Part shown: piece by piece, positions 10,465-25,400 of the stretch
How the letters are laid out: every line of letters starts with the position of its first letter
How positions within the stretch are numbered: position 1 is the stretch's first letter
NCBI GenBank assembly: GCA_051294375.1
Contig: CM119268.1
Coordinates: forward strand, 674,987-738,986
Direction: 5' to 3'
DNA length: 64,000 bases
Origin: Paraspadella gotoi
Lineage: Eukaryota > Animalia > Chaetognatha
The notes under the pieces: generated by a model
What the model was told of the DNA's origin: nothing
The model's input: the letters and a program-made list of their open reading frames with translations, nothing else
Databases searched by the model: none
Translations under genes and position numbers: made by a program

Positions 10465-13400
10465 ACAGGGCTACATGTCAGGCGGCGCTGGCTACGTTCT
10501 CACTCGCGCTGCTCTGCGTCGATTCGCTGCGGCTCGTGCTGTCGGCAACTGCAGCTCGGCCCAACAATTTGAAGACGTCGGCGTCGGGCGCTGCTTGGAG
10601 GCGGCGGGTGTGAAGGCCGGAGATTCAAGGGACGAAAAGGTGAGTTTAATTTAAAAGGATCGGGTAAGTTCGTTATTGTTGTAGCCTAAGTTGTAGTTCA
10701 CCCCAGTTGGCGACACTACCAGTGATAAAAGGGCGAAAGGCTCGAGTTAAGAGGAGAGGCTCGCGGCTGACGTTGGGGCACGGGGATGAACGGGAGACCC
10801 GGGTTAGGGTTAGGGTTTGGGGGAGAGGTCCGCGGGTGACGCTAGGTTTAGGGTTTTGACTCCGCATAAGACAGCTGATCTTTTTTAAACAAGTCGGATC
10901 TGCCCACGATAATTTAGCGGTAAGCAGTAAATCAGATGAATAATTACAATTTTTTTTCTTTTTAATATTTATATTTTATTATTATTTTTTCTAACTTTTT
11001 TTTTATTTTTATTTTAGTGATATGTTGTAGCTTTGTCGGTTTCGATATTATAGTCATTTTACCTTTTGTTTCTTCCTTTCTTCTCACGGTTCCTTTTTAC
11101 ATCGATTTAATCGGCATGGAGTGCACAAGAATGAGATGTCCCGGGATACGTTTCCGGACCTTTGGGCTACACAAAAAAAGGGTAATCAAATTTTTCCTAA
11201 TGACAGTTTTTTTTATAAATTAATATTAAAATTAGCTATATAAAATCACTAAAGTAGAATAAAAAAAATTAAAAATGGTTTAAATTTTTTTAAAAATGAA
11301 AATATCATGCATCATCCATAATCTATGAACAATTTTCTTTCGTTTGAGTCCATAACCATTATTCTATCTTTAATAGTTTATTTGTAATTAATTTTTCTTT
11401 ATTAAAATATTATTTTAATTTTTTTTCAGATAATTTAAATTAAAAAAAATTATAACTATGCCAAATGATTGAAGAAAAATTTTATATTATAAGGGACTTA
11501 CCTACCTAATATAGGCTTTCAAATACATATATAGTAAGTTTATTTTGATGATGTTTTGATATAGAAAATAAATAATTTATAAAATTAAATATATGAAAAA
11601 ATTTTAAACTTTGAATTTTTTTTAGCATAATAAACATAATTATTAATTAATTGTTCATGATGCTTTTAATAGCTACTGGTCAGTTGTATCCTTTTCAATT
11701 ATAATAATTATATAACTTTTTTTTTATTTTTAATAATACTGACTGCTATATTTACTTACTTTTGACAAAATCTAAAAATTACTGATATTAAAAATTATGT
11801 ATGAAACAGACGAAAACTTTTTTTTTTAAATCAGATGCTATTTAATTTTGTGGAGTGATATTATCAACGAAGGAAGTAGGCGTGGTTTATTATGTGAGAA
11901 ATAGGAGGAGTTTTATTGACATAAGAACACGTTGGGATGATAATAATTAACATACAAAATATGTAGATTATGCAGAGAAAAGGCAGGCAATAAACAATAT
12001 AACAAATAGTCCATAAGGAGTTTGATGTTTGTTTCTTGAAGGTAAGTTGAAGAGTGATCTAGTTTCCTCTCTCGTTTCTCTGCCGTCGGTTTCCTGAGGG
12101 AAGCCTCCTCTCTGATTGGTCAATCAGAAGAAAAGACGGAGAAGCCAAGAGAGACAAGCCACTAGATAATCCGTTCTCTGCGTTGTCACCCCCCCTCCCA
12201 TTGCGAGACCTTCTCGTGTCATCTGAGAATTGGTCGAGCGTTTTCATTATCCCAAGTCTCTATTCATCCATCTCCTATGTCTATATATTGGCCCTTGTCG
12301 AGCTCATAAGTCCTCCTCAGGTGTGGATGAAGAGGCTGTGGAGAAGTTGATGTCCACCATGGGAGGTATTGCTCCATCACCAAGTGGTCATTGTAATGTA
12401 ATGGATTCAGTCTGTTAATTTGTTTAGAGAACATGTAGTGCCTTCTAGGCTTTGCCAATGGGTTTAGCTGGTTGTATCTGATTTTTAGGTTTTGGTGGAT
12501 TGATGGTGGTTTGATTTTAAGATCCATCAGTTTTGGGATGATTCTGATAGGATCTGCTTGGTTTCTTAGTGTTTTTCTTTTCTCAACCTTTTCCTGATTA
12601 TGCTGCTTATAATTTTGAGATTTGTTTGCACTAAGATTTTTCAAGCTTGACATTTCAGTAGTAAGTTTTCTCAGTTGGTCTTCTATGGAATGAATTTGTT
12701 CCGCTTACGATCAGGGTTTATTCAACCATGTTATTTAAAGTAATCAAAATTATCATTTTTTCAACTTTCATCACAAAGTAGGTTTTTTTTCTAATAAATA
12801 AAAACGGTTTTCCAAAGTTATCTCGCCCTATTATCTTAGAATGCACTGCATCTTTTTCTAAGCTTTCAAAATTCGGTACAAGTTGTTTTTTTCGATGATA
12901 ATCTAATTATCCGCTTAATTAGATTATGACATAGGTATGCATGTAGAGAATATAAGATTCTAGTTTTTTTTTAGATAGATAGTTCGATAGACACATTGAG
13001 ATCCACTGAGATCCAACCGCTTTTTGTTTAAATTATCCAAGCCCTCCTCTTCGTAAGACATCTATCGTTAGTCAACTGTTTTTTTTATATGGCTGCCGCC
13101 GTTCAACCTTGTGCGTAATTGTTATTAAATAGTCAATTTCAGGAATTCTCATGTTATCATTTTTTCTTTATGATTAACCTTTAAGAATTACGTAAGTTAT
13201 TGTTTTTCCTCGCGCCTTGTCAACATCGACCGCTTAGAGCTGTTATAAAATAATGATAATCTTTTTTAAAAAATGTGATCAATGGTTATGCTTACTTTGT
13301 ATTTTTAAAACATATTACTCCGCAAAATTTTATTTAGTTATGATTATTGGAAAATTAATAATTGTTAGTTAGTATTTGTTACAGCCAAAGACAAAGTCTC

Positions 13401-16400
13401 ATGAATCGTGATATCCGAGTTCGGATTTTAATTCGTCAAAAGGACTTATCGTTTGGGATCATTTCCTTTTTCGTGATTATGTCATTCGATACTATTCAGT
13501 CCTTTTAGTTTATGAAGGAGGATGGACTGGCGGGTCTCAACATATTGATTTAAAATTATGTTAAATAATATTACAGTTAACTTTGCACCGTTGACAAATT
13601 GGGGATCGCCAGGTTTTATTACGAGGTACATAATTTGGATGGTGCGTTAGCCTGCTCGACTCTTTATGGTACCAACATAATTTGTACACTTTATTATAAC
13701 TTTTAATTGTCGTATTTATTCCAATTGGAACTTCTTGTCTTGAGATCATTTTATTAATTGTTTTATATCTCTTATAGGGCTTTTAGACAGTTTCTTGAAA
13801 GCCAACTAAGGCAAAGTTCGTTAGAATTCGTTTATTTATTTACAATTTCAAGACAAACTAGACTAGACTAGACTACCCAGTACCCACCGTTTCCTTGTGG
13901 CAACACTATTGTGAGCTGCTCGTGGAGTTTTACACCATGGACTATGAGACCAAACATCGTGAATACCAAAAAACCTGGGTAGCTGAAAAGCGAAAACGTC
14001 TTCTTGGTGATTCTTTGACTTTGAATGAAGAAGAAAAAAAAGAGCGAAGAAGAGCAAGAGATCGAGAAAGAAAACGTCGCGCAAAGATTCCAGAACCCGA
14101 GGATTCAAAGCGAATTCCTGAAGTCGTTTTGCTTACCCCTTCAAATCGCGTCCATCACCCTAGGGATTCTGTGACGCCACGAAACTTGACTTCCATTACG
14201 CGTTTGGAATCAAGAAAATCTTCATCTCCACATCCATCGCGTTCTTCCTCTCGTGCATCTTCTTATTCTTCATCTCGCGCCTCAAGTGTTTCGTCTCGTG
14301 CATCATCCAACGCTAGTCAAAGGCGAGGGCGACGTCAAATTCGTTCGATTGAGTTGACCGATGATGAAAACAAAAAGAGGAAGAAAAATCATCGGGAAGT
14401 AGTCCGAATGTCGAGAAGGAAAGTCAAACGAGGAATAGCAGAAAATAAGAGGAGTCATCGCGAATGGAAAAAGAATTGGAGGAGAAAAATCTCGAATGCA
14501 GCCAACAATGACCAACAGTATGATGAATGGTTGGAATGTGCCAAATTGAAAGTTATAAACAATATTGCTTCAAGTCTAAAGAAAGATTTGGGTAAGTGAT
14601 TTTACTCTGAAGTAATATTTTTAGTTGGATCTGCATATCAGCATATCATTTTTGTCGGTCCGTCGGTTCCCCCTCTCCATCTTGTCAGTCATTCACTTAG
14701 AACAACAAGTTATCAATCTTGTCGCTCATTCACTGAGAACACCAAATTATGATAAATTATGCCATAAAAAAAAGATGTCCGTACAACCGTTCGTCCCTCT
14801 GTGCTTCCCCCATAGAAAAATAATTATTCGAGATTGGAGCGATGGATTGGAATTTAATTTTGTGTGTGGGTAGGAAAGTGAGCTTGATATAAAGTGTTGA
14901 TAGAATCGTGCGAGTGAAAATGAGTGTAAATGGAAAAAACCAATTTGATATTGACTTGAATTTTTTTTACTATTATCTAGGAAAAAAGTATATAATATTC
15001 GAAAACTTGTTTGATTTAAAAAAAATCAGAATGTTTCCAGATCTACATTGAATTTATTTTCAGTAGCTTTCTTCCATTTTTTTACTTCAAATGAAAAATG
15101 ATAAAAAAATTCATATTTAGTTTTCCTCCATTTTTGGTATTTAGTTATTTGTTTTTATTTCAAATAGAATTAGTTATTTTTTTATTTTAATCAAATAATT
15201 AATCAGTTAATTAATCAATTAATTACTAAGTAAATAATTAATCGGTCAATTAATCAATTAATTATTCAATAAAACAATTTATTTCGTTATGTATTAATTA
15301 ATTATTTAATCAATCAATTTATTTATGAATTAATTATTTAATCAATTAATCCGTCAATCAAGTCAATCGTTTTCGGCATTACTGTCATCGTCATCATCGT
15401 CGTCGTCGCTTTTGTCGTGGTCAGTGACGAAAAGACCTAAAAACAAACATTTTGGATCAAAATAATTAATTTATTAATTAAATTATTATTTTAGTTTATA
15501 TAGTTTGTATTAATTAATTAATTAATTACCGTTTATTTTATTATTATTAATTAATGAACGTGGGCAGATCCGACATTGTTTGTTCAAACTAGTTTTTGTA
15601 TAACTTTAAATATCTTTTAATCGGGTTGCATTAGAAAGATTAAAACTATATCACCAGAAAGCCCTGAAAAAATGCTATCAGATTTATACTAAATTTTATT
15701 AAAATGACAAGAAAAAGTTTTTAACATATTTATTTTAAAAAAGAAATTTTCCAAAAATAATTTTAAAAAGAAAATTAATATTATTAAAAAATGACCAGGC
15801 AAAAAAATTTTAAAAATAGCCTAGGGTCTCTTTTATGGAATGTTTCTCCAATGGGTTGTTTTTGTTCCAAAAGTCGACAAAGGGTTATGCCGTGAGCATT
15901 AACGGTTCACTTTCATTTCTTGAAAAAAGTTTTTTTTCAGTTTTTTATATTTTAATTTTTTTATTATTTTTAATTTATTATATATATATATTTTTTTAAA
16001 TATAATGTAAGTTGAAAAAATGATGCGAGTTGAAAAAATGATGCGAGTCGAGTTGAAAAAATGATCGAGTTTGAAAAAAGTGTTGCGAGTTGAAAAAATG
16101 ATGCGAGTTGAAAAAATGATGCGAGTTGAAAAAATGATGCGAGATTTTGAAAAAAATGAATGCGAGTTGAAAAAATGATGCGAGTTGAAAAAATGATGCG
16201 AGTTGAAAAAATGATGCGAGTTGAAAAAATGATGCGAGTTGAAAAAATGATGCGAGTTGAAAAAATGATGCGAGTTGAAAAAATGATGCGAGTTGAAAAA
16301 ATGATGCGAGTTGAAAAAATGATGCGAGTTGAAAAAATGATGCGAGTAATGATGCGAGTTGAAAAAATGATGCGAGTTGAAGTGATTAAACTGGAAATCA

Positions 16401-19400
16401 AGTTTTAATGGAATTGTCTGAGTAGAAATGAGTTTAAACAGAAAAAATAAAAAACCTGTTTTATTAATTGATTATGCTTTTTTTTATATTAAATATAAAT
16501 GCAAAATATATTAAATAATCAAATAATTAATTTAATTAATAAATTAGTCAATTAATTGAAAAATAGTTAATCGGTCAATAAATTGATTATTTATTATTAT
16601 TTATTTATTATTTATTTATTGATTATTCAATCAATCAATTTATTTATTAATTATTTAATTATTTACTCAAGTCAATCGTTAATAACATTGTTATCATCGT
16701 CGTTGACGAAAAGTGATGAAAAAACTTTAAAATATTTGGGATTAAATTAGTTACCTAATTAATTTCCATTAATGATCGTGAGCAGATCTGATATTGTTTG
16801 CTCAAACTTGTTTATAATATGAATTTATAATAAACATTTTTATCTTTTTATATCCAAGTTGATTTATCAAATTAGATTTTGATTAAATTCATTTTTTTAT
16901 ATATATAAACATTTTGATATTTAATAATATATAAAAAATATTTAAATATTTTTTTTAAACTAGATTCTGATAAAGATTAAAAAGTTAGATAAAAGTTAAT
17001 ATTATAAATTTTAATAATTTTAATAATAACTAAGTTAAAATCTAAAAAATATTTTAAAAATAATTATTATTATTATTATTATTATTATAATATTATATAT
17101 TATATAATAAATTTAATAGTTTTTTTTTATTTTATAAACAAATTATTAAAATTTTAATAAGTTATGATAATAACCTTTTTAAGCTTTATCAGAATCCAAT
17201 AAAAAAAATTAAAATATATAAAAAAAATTTTAATTATTATATAATATTTAGATAATATAAAATTTTATACATGTGTTTAACTATAAGATAAATCTTTTTT
17301 TTTTATTTTTACCATCTTTAATAAACACATTAATAATATTTATATTGGATTTTTATTAATTTGTAATCTATTCCGCTTTAATAACAACAGTTCAGTTTAA
17401 TCCCTAGCAAACGATTTACATGTATTGGCGCAGCCACTGGTTTGGTATGGTATGATTTGTCATAAACGGTTAGGATCATAAATTGAAAGAATTGTCGTGT
17501 TTCATCATCTGATTAACTGATTACCGCCTAAATATCGTAGGCAGATCCGACATTGTTTGCACAAACTTTTTTATGTATAGTTAATTCTTTATAATCCGCA
17601 CAGTATGTATTTTATTTCGTTAACTTACAAAATTTATTCAACGAAAAAAAAATTTGAATATTAGTCCAACCACCATTAACCATTAACCACCCTTAACCCT
17701 ATTTACCTGGTAACCCTATTTACCCAATAAGCCTAACTGTCCCTAACCCTAACTACCCCTAATCCTAACCACCCTTAATCCTTACCACCCCTAACTCTTA
17801 CCACTCTTAACTTTAACCAAACTTAACCATCCTTAACCCTAAATAGTAAATACCCCTACCTTAACCAAACCTTACTGAGTTTCGATATTTCGAGTAAGAA
17901 AATAACCGACTGGGTCCGTTCCAGTTTGCGAAAATAAGATAAAGTTAATATAGTGCCCGCCCGTCAGTCCCATCCTAATATCTTGTCGGTAAAATACTTA
18001 AATCAAGTCAGAACATCGAATTATGAGAAATAATTTAAAAGAATTGATGTCCATCCATCCATCCGTCTATCCCACTTAGCTATTTAGTATAAATATTGAT
18101 AGTAAATAATTTGAAGAAAATTTTTTTTATTGAATATAAGTTGTCAAAATTTGTTTGAAATTTTGATTGTATTAGAAATTATGAAAAATCACTGCGTCCT
18201 AGTGAATATCTTTCATACTTTTGCAGTCACGTAAACACTTGAAAATCGTATCACATAATTATTTCATAATAATTTCATAATTATTAAATAATTGATGCAG
18301 TACTGATTTATTATAGTAATAATTCATACAATTGAAAAATTATAATAAAAATATACTTGTTCTTCATATTTAGGTGACGTGACAATTGAAAAGCAGCGTC
18401 ACGTGACCAATATGTTAATTGTGATTTTTTTTGGGGCCTACCATTTGCTAAATCTACTTAGAACTTAAACTCGTATTAATTATAAACTATAAGACGCATT
18501 CAAATATTAAATCAGTTTTAACATTAATATTTCTTTATTTTAGAAATTGATGGACTGACAAAATCCAACTTGGCAAAACGTCGCATTATTGGTCTCGCCG
18601 CTTTGGATGGCGAGGAAAAAGTTGGAAGTGATGAAGTTCAGGCTGTCTTGGGAATTAGCCTAAAAATGATAAAAAAACTAAGGACAAGCGTTGATACTCT
18701 GGATGATGTTGATTCTAAGAAAACTGATATAATTGCTGAGACAATGCATCGAAATATTCGTTCAGATGCTTTTGGAGAGCAGCAACAAAATGAGGTCGCC
18801 GCCTTTGTACAAGAACATTCCACGGTTACCGCAAATAAAAAAGATATTTTAGTGCATTCCAAGAGCAAAGGTGGTGATGGAAAATTAAAAACTCAAAAGC
18901 AAGTCACGACCGAATCCTTTAGTTCACTACACCGAAAATACTGTGCTGAAAAACAGGCCATTTCGCAACGCAAGTTTTTACAATTTATACCATATTATAT
19001 AAAACGTGCCACTGATGCAGACCGAGCCACTTGCTGTTGTGGTCAGTGCGTTGTCACTCAGTGGGCGATGGACTCTTTCAATAGCAACTTGAAGAAAGAA
19101 GGTTTATGCCTGATTGATGCTCCTTTAGATTGTGCTTTGGATCAGTTGACAGTTTGTCAACCGCCCACTATGAGTTGCCTTGAGAGAAGTTGCAGCCAAT
19201 GCGGAATAAATAAGCTACAAAATTATCTTCCTAACTTGAACCAGTTAGATCCATCAATTACATGGACTTGGAAAGTTTTAGGAAAAGACGAGAAGCAACA
19301 TCTCGTGGTAAAAGTTGTTAGAGGAACTCCTGATGAATGTTTGGAACATCTAATGAAACAGCTCGAGGGAATTGTTTATCATAAGTTTCATGCCAATCAC

Positions 19401-22400
19401 CAGCGTGAGCAATTTCATTCAATTCAAAAGGATTTGCCTTTAAACTGGATTCTCCTTCATTGTGATTTCTCGGAAAAACTTCAGTTGAAGGAAGCAACCG
19501 AAATTCAGTCGTAAGTTTTTAAAAATCCGTTTTGTTACATGTACATATTTTAATAGAAAAAATTATAGGCTTCATTGGTCTCAACATCTGGTTACGCTTT
19601 ACTGTGTTGTTGCTACATTTTGGAGTCACGAAAATGGAGAAGCTGTCAAAATGAAGAGGTGAGGAAAAAAAAATTCATTTACATATGACGAATAAAATGT
19701 TTTTTTTACTTTATTTAAATATTTTTAAAAAAAAAATTCAATAAATAAAACTTTAAATAAATAATACTTAAAATAATTTCTAGCAGAATTATTCTCTTCT
19801 CCATTGACATTTATATCGATTTACGTAGAAATAAAATTTTTTTTGGAAAAAATTTAAATGTGAAAATTGTGTCTCTTATATCTAGGTATTTCGTTTTCGC
19901 GAGTGACCGTCGTCAACAAGACCATTGGTTTGCTCAACACTGTGATGTACTTGTTATTAAGCAATTGTTATATGATCACGGCATTGCTCCTTCCTTAGTC
20001 TGGCGACAATCAGATCGTTGTGCCGCCCAGTTTTGCTCCAAGGCAAGTATTGTAAATCGTAGCAATAATTTTAGATTTTTGATTATGCGGGAGAATTTTT
20101 TTTTTGTAAATCATTAAGATTATTTAAATTGTGTATTATTTTTTTGTCTCTCACGTCATATTTGTAATGAACAATTACTTGTATAGAGCTTAATGCTCTC
20201 GGTAAATAAGACCCAAGTGCTTTGGATTATTACTTCGTTGGTGCTTGTCTTAAACAAAAACTCAATTTTTTAGCAGCCGAATTAAAAACATGGGTTGAAA
20301 TAATGAGATTACGTAAAAGTAATAATTATCTCCAGCCTGATTTTATATTTTATTTATTGACAATTTATAGTCGGACATGGTTCGACTCTTATTTTAGCGT
20401 TCAACACAAAAACTGTTATTCCTGAAATTCCTAAAAATAACGAAAAGAAAGGAAATCATTACAATATTTTATTTATATATTTTATTTAATTTTTCAGACT
20501 GTCTTTGGAGTAATGGCACGCGCTGGCGGTCAAAGCGGATTATGTACAAATCACGTCAGTGGAAACTCCTGCGAAAATTGTATCACGACGGTTTTAAATT
20601 TCACAACTTCGGGCCATGGAAAATCTGAAGTTGATGCAGTTGGCACTCGAGTAAAGCGTCCCGCTTCTGAAGCGATGTGTGGAGGAATTGAGTTACGAAA
20701 CGCAATGGAACTTGTGAAATATCTCAATGAAAATGTTGATGGCAGTCGGAGCGATAGGGTAGATTCCGTTGGTTCCAAATATCTCGGATTAACATCCCTT
20801 CATGTTGCTGTTAATGATGTTCATGTACAAGACGTTGCATTTAGGTAAGATCTTATGTGAATTCTCTAAAGTTCTTTAAAATTTTACATTTTTGCTGCGA
20901 ATACTCGCGGAGCAACTCTCTCATTCTGTCCCACCTAAGTTTTCAATGCTTATAAATTAAGTTCATATTTGGTAGGAAGATAAGGTACTATGACATTTAA
21001 TATGCATGTGTATCATACTGTTGCAGTCACGTGATCAGCTTAAAAAGTGATAACATGACCAGAAATTCAATGCGGCATACGTGGTAGACTTATCAGTAAT
21101 TGCATCATGTGCTTATATATGAGGTTTCGTAATTGTGTAGTGATCATGATCACATGACATATTACGTGTATTATATAGTTTTACTTCATACATAACAGAG
21201 AATTAATAAATTATTTATTCTTATTCAGTCACGTGATCATTCAGAAATTATTCCATTAAAGATTGTCATTACGGCATAACTTGAACTTGCCGTTTCTCGT
21301 TCTTTTTATTAAGCAATATGTTTGTCATCTTAATTATTAACTAGTAATCATTTAGATTTTTTTGGGGGGGGGAATTTTGTTTTCGTTGATGGCGATATTT
21401 TCAACCTAAAAAAATGAGGAAAGTTTTGTCTCCCAAAAGAAAAGGCTGTGAGTTTTTCTGTTTTAAACTATGCGACTTTTGAATTCATATTTTATAGTTT
21501 AGCATATTTTGCATGTATAGCAATAAGTTCGCGATTTATGATAAAGTAAAAACTATTTTACCCCGGATAACTTCATATGTAAAATTTTAAAAAAAAATTT
21601 TTTCTTTGGACAATTTATATTTAATATGAATAAATTTACGTATTTTATCAATTTTAGTTACAACATTTCTTATTGTTTAGAAACAACGGTACATTTTAAA
21701 CAATAATAACGGACATGTTTTGGCTCTGATGAGAGCTCTCAGGATGAAGGCTCTCATCAGAGACGAAACATGTCCGTTATTTTTGTTTAAAATGTACCGT
21801 TGTTTCTAAACAAAAAACGTAACTAAAACTTATCAACAACAATGATTAAAAAGAAATTACATTATGCATTTTATAAAACAAATTTCGTCTTGATTTTAAT
21901 TTTATAAGTATCATTATTGTGAGGTACGAAAGAGGAGAAGAACCACACTAATCAGATAGTCTTTGATGTTAAAAATGATCATAAGAAAAAGTAAAGGATA
22001 ATAAATAACGAATTTAATTATTGACAATTTTAAAAATTTCAATTTTATTAAATTACAGGCCGCTTCCAGGCACTCGTCAGATTCATCAACTCGTGACCCA
22101 GAAAGAGCCAGGCGTCCTCTTTGTACGACGACGGAGTTGTTTTACTTGTACATTTTGCAAGACGGGCGATTTTACTCGCTGTAACAACCCTGATGTGGAC
22201 AAAGGAAAGTTCGTCAAAATGAACGTTTCTAGGACTCGATCTGCTCAACGATCAAGTGATGATGATGAAGATGTAGATTTGCCGACTGATCTGGTTTTTC
22301 AGGAAACAGACTCTTGAAAAATTAATTCTGAGCGCTGTCGCACGACATTTAATTGCCAGAACCTATTTTTGGTTTTTTGTAAAGAATGTTTTGCTTGATT

Positions 22401-25400
22401 GTTTTTAATTTACGGAGATTTTGTTGATTGGATACTAGAGCGTAGTGAAAGTCATGTATGAAAATTCTAATGGTCAATTATTAACAACGTACCACCAGTG
22501 AACATTTATTTAATTAAAATTTTTTTTTTAAATTTTCGCAGTAAGATCTATATTTATAAATAAAACTATCCTTAAAAAATCATAAAATTTCAAAAACGAC
22601 TTTTCTTAATTTTAATGAAAGAAAATATAACTCATTTTTTAAAAAAAAATTTTGACGAAAATGAAATAATTTTTTTTTTGACGAAAATTAAATATTTTTT
22701 TTAAAAAGTTATATTTCTTATTATTAACTTTTTATGATGAATCTGAATCTGCAAAAAAATATTTTAGAAACAATTTTGAAATTTTAACATTTATAGGGTT
22801 AGTAATATATATACATATAGCCTACTGCATAAATTTAAAAAATTATAATTCATGGTATAATTCTTTCTTTTTCGTTGTTTTTGGAGATTTAGAAAATTGT
22901 TTGACTTTTGCACAACAAATTTTATTATTAATATGCAGACATGTTTTAACTCAATTACGAGTCTTCATCAGCGCGTAAAAACTGTTTTTACGTGCTGAGG
23001 AAGACTCGTAATTGAGTCGAAACATGTCTGTATGTTAATAATAAAATTCGTTGTACAAAAGAGAAACAATTTGCTAAAAAATTATAATAAATTTTTTTTA
23101 TACATTAATATTCATTAATACAACGTTGTTTATTCCTCACTTTTAGAATTTAAAATTAAATGAAGTTTCCGATTATCCAATAAAATTTAAAATTTTTAAC
23201 ATTCAGTAGAGAACTGCAGATAAGGCTGTATAATCTGTTAGTAAAGATAGGTTACACGTCACATCCCTATTACATCGTTTATCGCTCAGTAGTAAAAGCA
23301 AAAAAGTATGAGTTATTAAATTTAATTTTATAATTCTTTAAACTTCTTAAAAATCAGAATGCCCAGTTAAAAATGGATAATCGGATAATTCGTATTCCAA
23401 ATGAAAATGTTATNNNNNNNNNNTTACAGCATTATTGCACTCGACGCCCCACGGAAGCCAGGCACCCTGATGCATTCTTGGTGGCAACGCCGTGGTGCAA
23501 TATTTAAATTCGGCCAAATGTCAAGGAATGCGTTCAGGTGGAAGGGAGACGTCTCGGTTATCTCTGCTGATCAAGACTTTGTGATTAAAGAGTTTCAGAG
23601 GATCGATAGGGATTCCATCGAGCAAGCTATTCTGGAATTACCAAAAGTAATGGAAGCAGCCAGGTTGATGAGACAGCGGGCTTTTACTGGATATCAATGG
23701 ATCCCCGAATCCTCAAATCAGCCTATCACACCATGTAGACCTGAGACTGGACGAGAACAAGGAGGCAGGGTGGTAGTATTTAGTCATGAAGTTTGTAATC
23801 AAGATGCGTTGGAATACAGGGAAGCTGGAGGTCATCAAGAAAAACAGAAAAAGAGAAAAAACCTAATGAGGAAGATAAAGAGGAGAGGAGCTTCTCTGTA
23901 TAACAAAGAAACTTTGGCTGAAGATGCGGGAAGGACTTTGGCGGGAGTCGCCCATGGTGCTTCTTCGGGAAGGACTTTGGCGGAGTCGCCCATGGTGCTT
24001 CTTCGGGAAGGACTTTGGCGGAAGTCGCCCATGGTGCTTCTTCGGAAGGACTTTGGCGGGAGTCGCCATGGTGCTTCTGCGGGAAGGACTTTGGCGGGAG
24101 TCGCCCCTGTGCGGGAAAGACGTCTGCTGGAGTTGCCCGTGGTGGCACTGCGGGAAGAATTTCTGCTGGAGTCGCTCGAGGTGGTGCGCGCGGAAAGACT
24201 TCTGCTGGAGTTGCCCGTGATGGCACTGCGGGAAGGATTTCTGCTGGAGTCGCTCGTGGGTGTACTTGCGGGAATGACTTTAGCTGGAGTTGCCCGAGGT
24301 GGAAAAGGTAAAGTGATTTTTAGTGATGGCAATTCGAACTCTACTTATTGGAAGGGAAAGTCGTCTACAAATGGAGGGGCCATTCTCTCGGCAGATTTAA
24401 TCAGAAATACAAGACACGCGAAGAGCAAGAACGTGAAGTAAAGCAAGATTATCATAAAAGCACCCAAAGGGTTTCATTGAGAAGAGGTGAAGTTGATGGA
24501 ATTTTACAAGCTGAAGAAGATAAATTAAATAAACTTGAGCGAAAGAAAAATTTGGAGTTGATCCGATAATTGTCCCATCGAACCAAGATCATCAGTCTTT
24601 TCTCGTTTAGGGAAAAAGGAGTTTGCTAAGATCGAGGCTGAAGTTAAAGAAACTCTGAAAAATTTAATTTTGGTGCTGCATCGTCGTCGCCTCAGCCTAT
24701 GTTCAGAAATCGTGATATAAGAGATAATGTGGAAAGATTGAGGATACTATTGACATGACAGATGTGGCCCAATCAGGTTTGAATGAAAGTTCTCGGAGTT
24801 GGAGTGAGCAAGTTGAGGATGCATCAGAGGATGAAGAAGAATATGACACGGTGGAAGAAATGGAGGACAATGAGGGGGTTGAAAGTAGCAACAGAGAAGC
24901 TTTGTCAAATGACGACATTCTCGAACTTCAACCGGGAGAAAAAGAAATGAGTGAGTCACTTGGAACGGATGAAGAGGAATCTCTGCTTGGAAAACATGAA
25001 TGAGTTGATTTTTGACAAGATTGCCTAAGAGAGATACATTATACGTTAGTTATGTTTCCCAGCAAATTTACTCAACTTGGTGAGTTACAGTGAATCGGTT
25101 GAATGAACTTTATGCGATTGCTTTGTTTTTAATAGCTGGTTTTAATTTTGCCTGAAATAATTTTAAATATTTAAAATATTTATGTTTTTTTTTTGTAAAT
25201 AGTTACTCGAGAAAAATTCGACCTAATTTACCAGACTGAACCATTTTATCTTAAATTTAGAATTGGGATAATTGTTTAGTTAAAAATTATGCTGGAGGTT
25301 ATGTATTCGTGAAAAAAGTTAGGCATTTGGTTTGTAATTAGGGATTTGAGTTAGGGGATAGGGTTTAGAGTTTAATATTAGGATTGTAAATTTGAGATAA

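Noticed and set aside
12059-12720. Gag-like or other protein-coding region
   Set aside because: Multiple stops and no diagnostic motif. At most a decayed remnant.
15970-16408. Repetitive ORFs (STRIIF)n and (MMRVEK)n
   Set aside because: They are translations of an intronic 18-bp minisatellite.
18374-18420. Extra transposase mini-exon
   Set aside because: No strong phase-compatible donor, and 14591 joins 18544 in frame without it.
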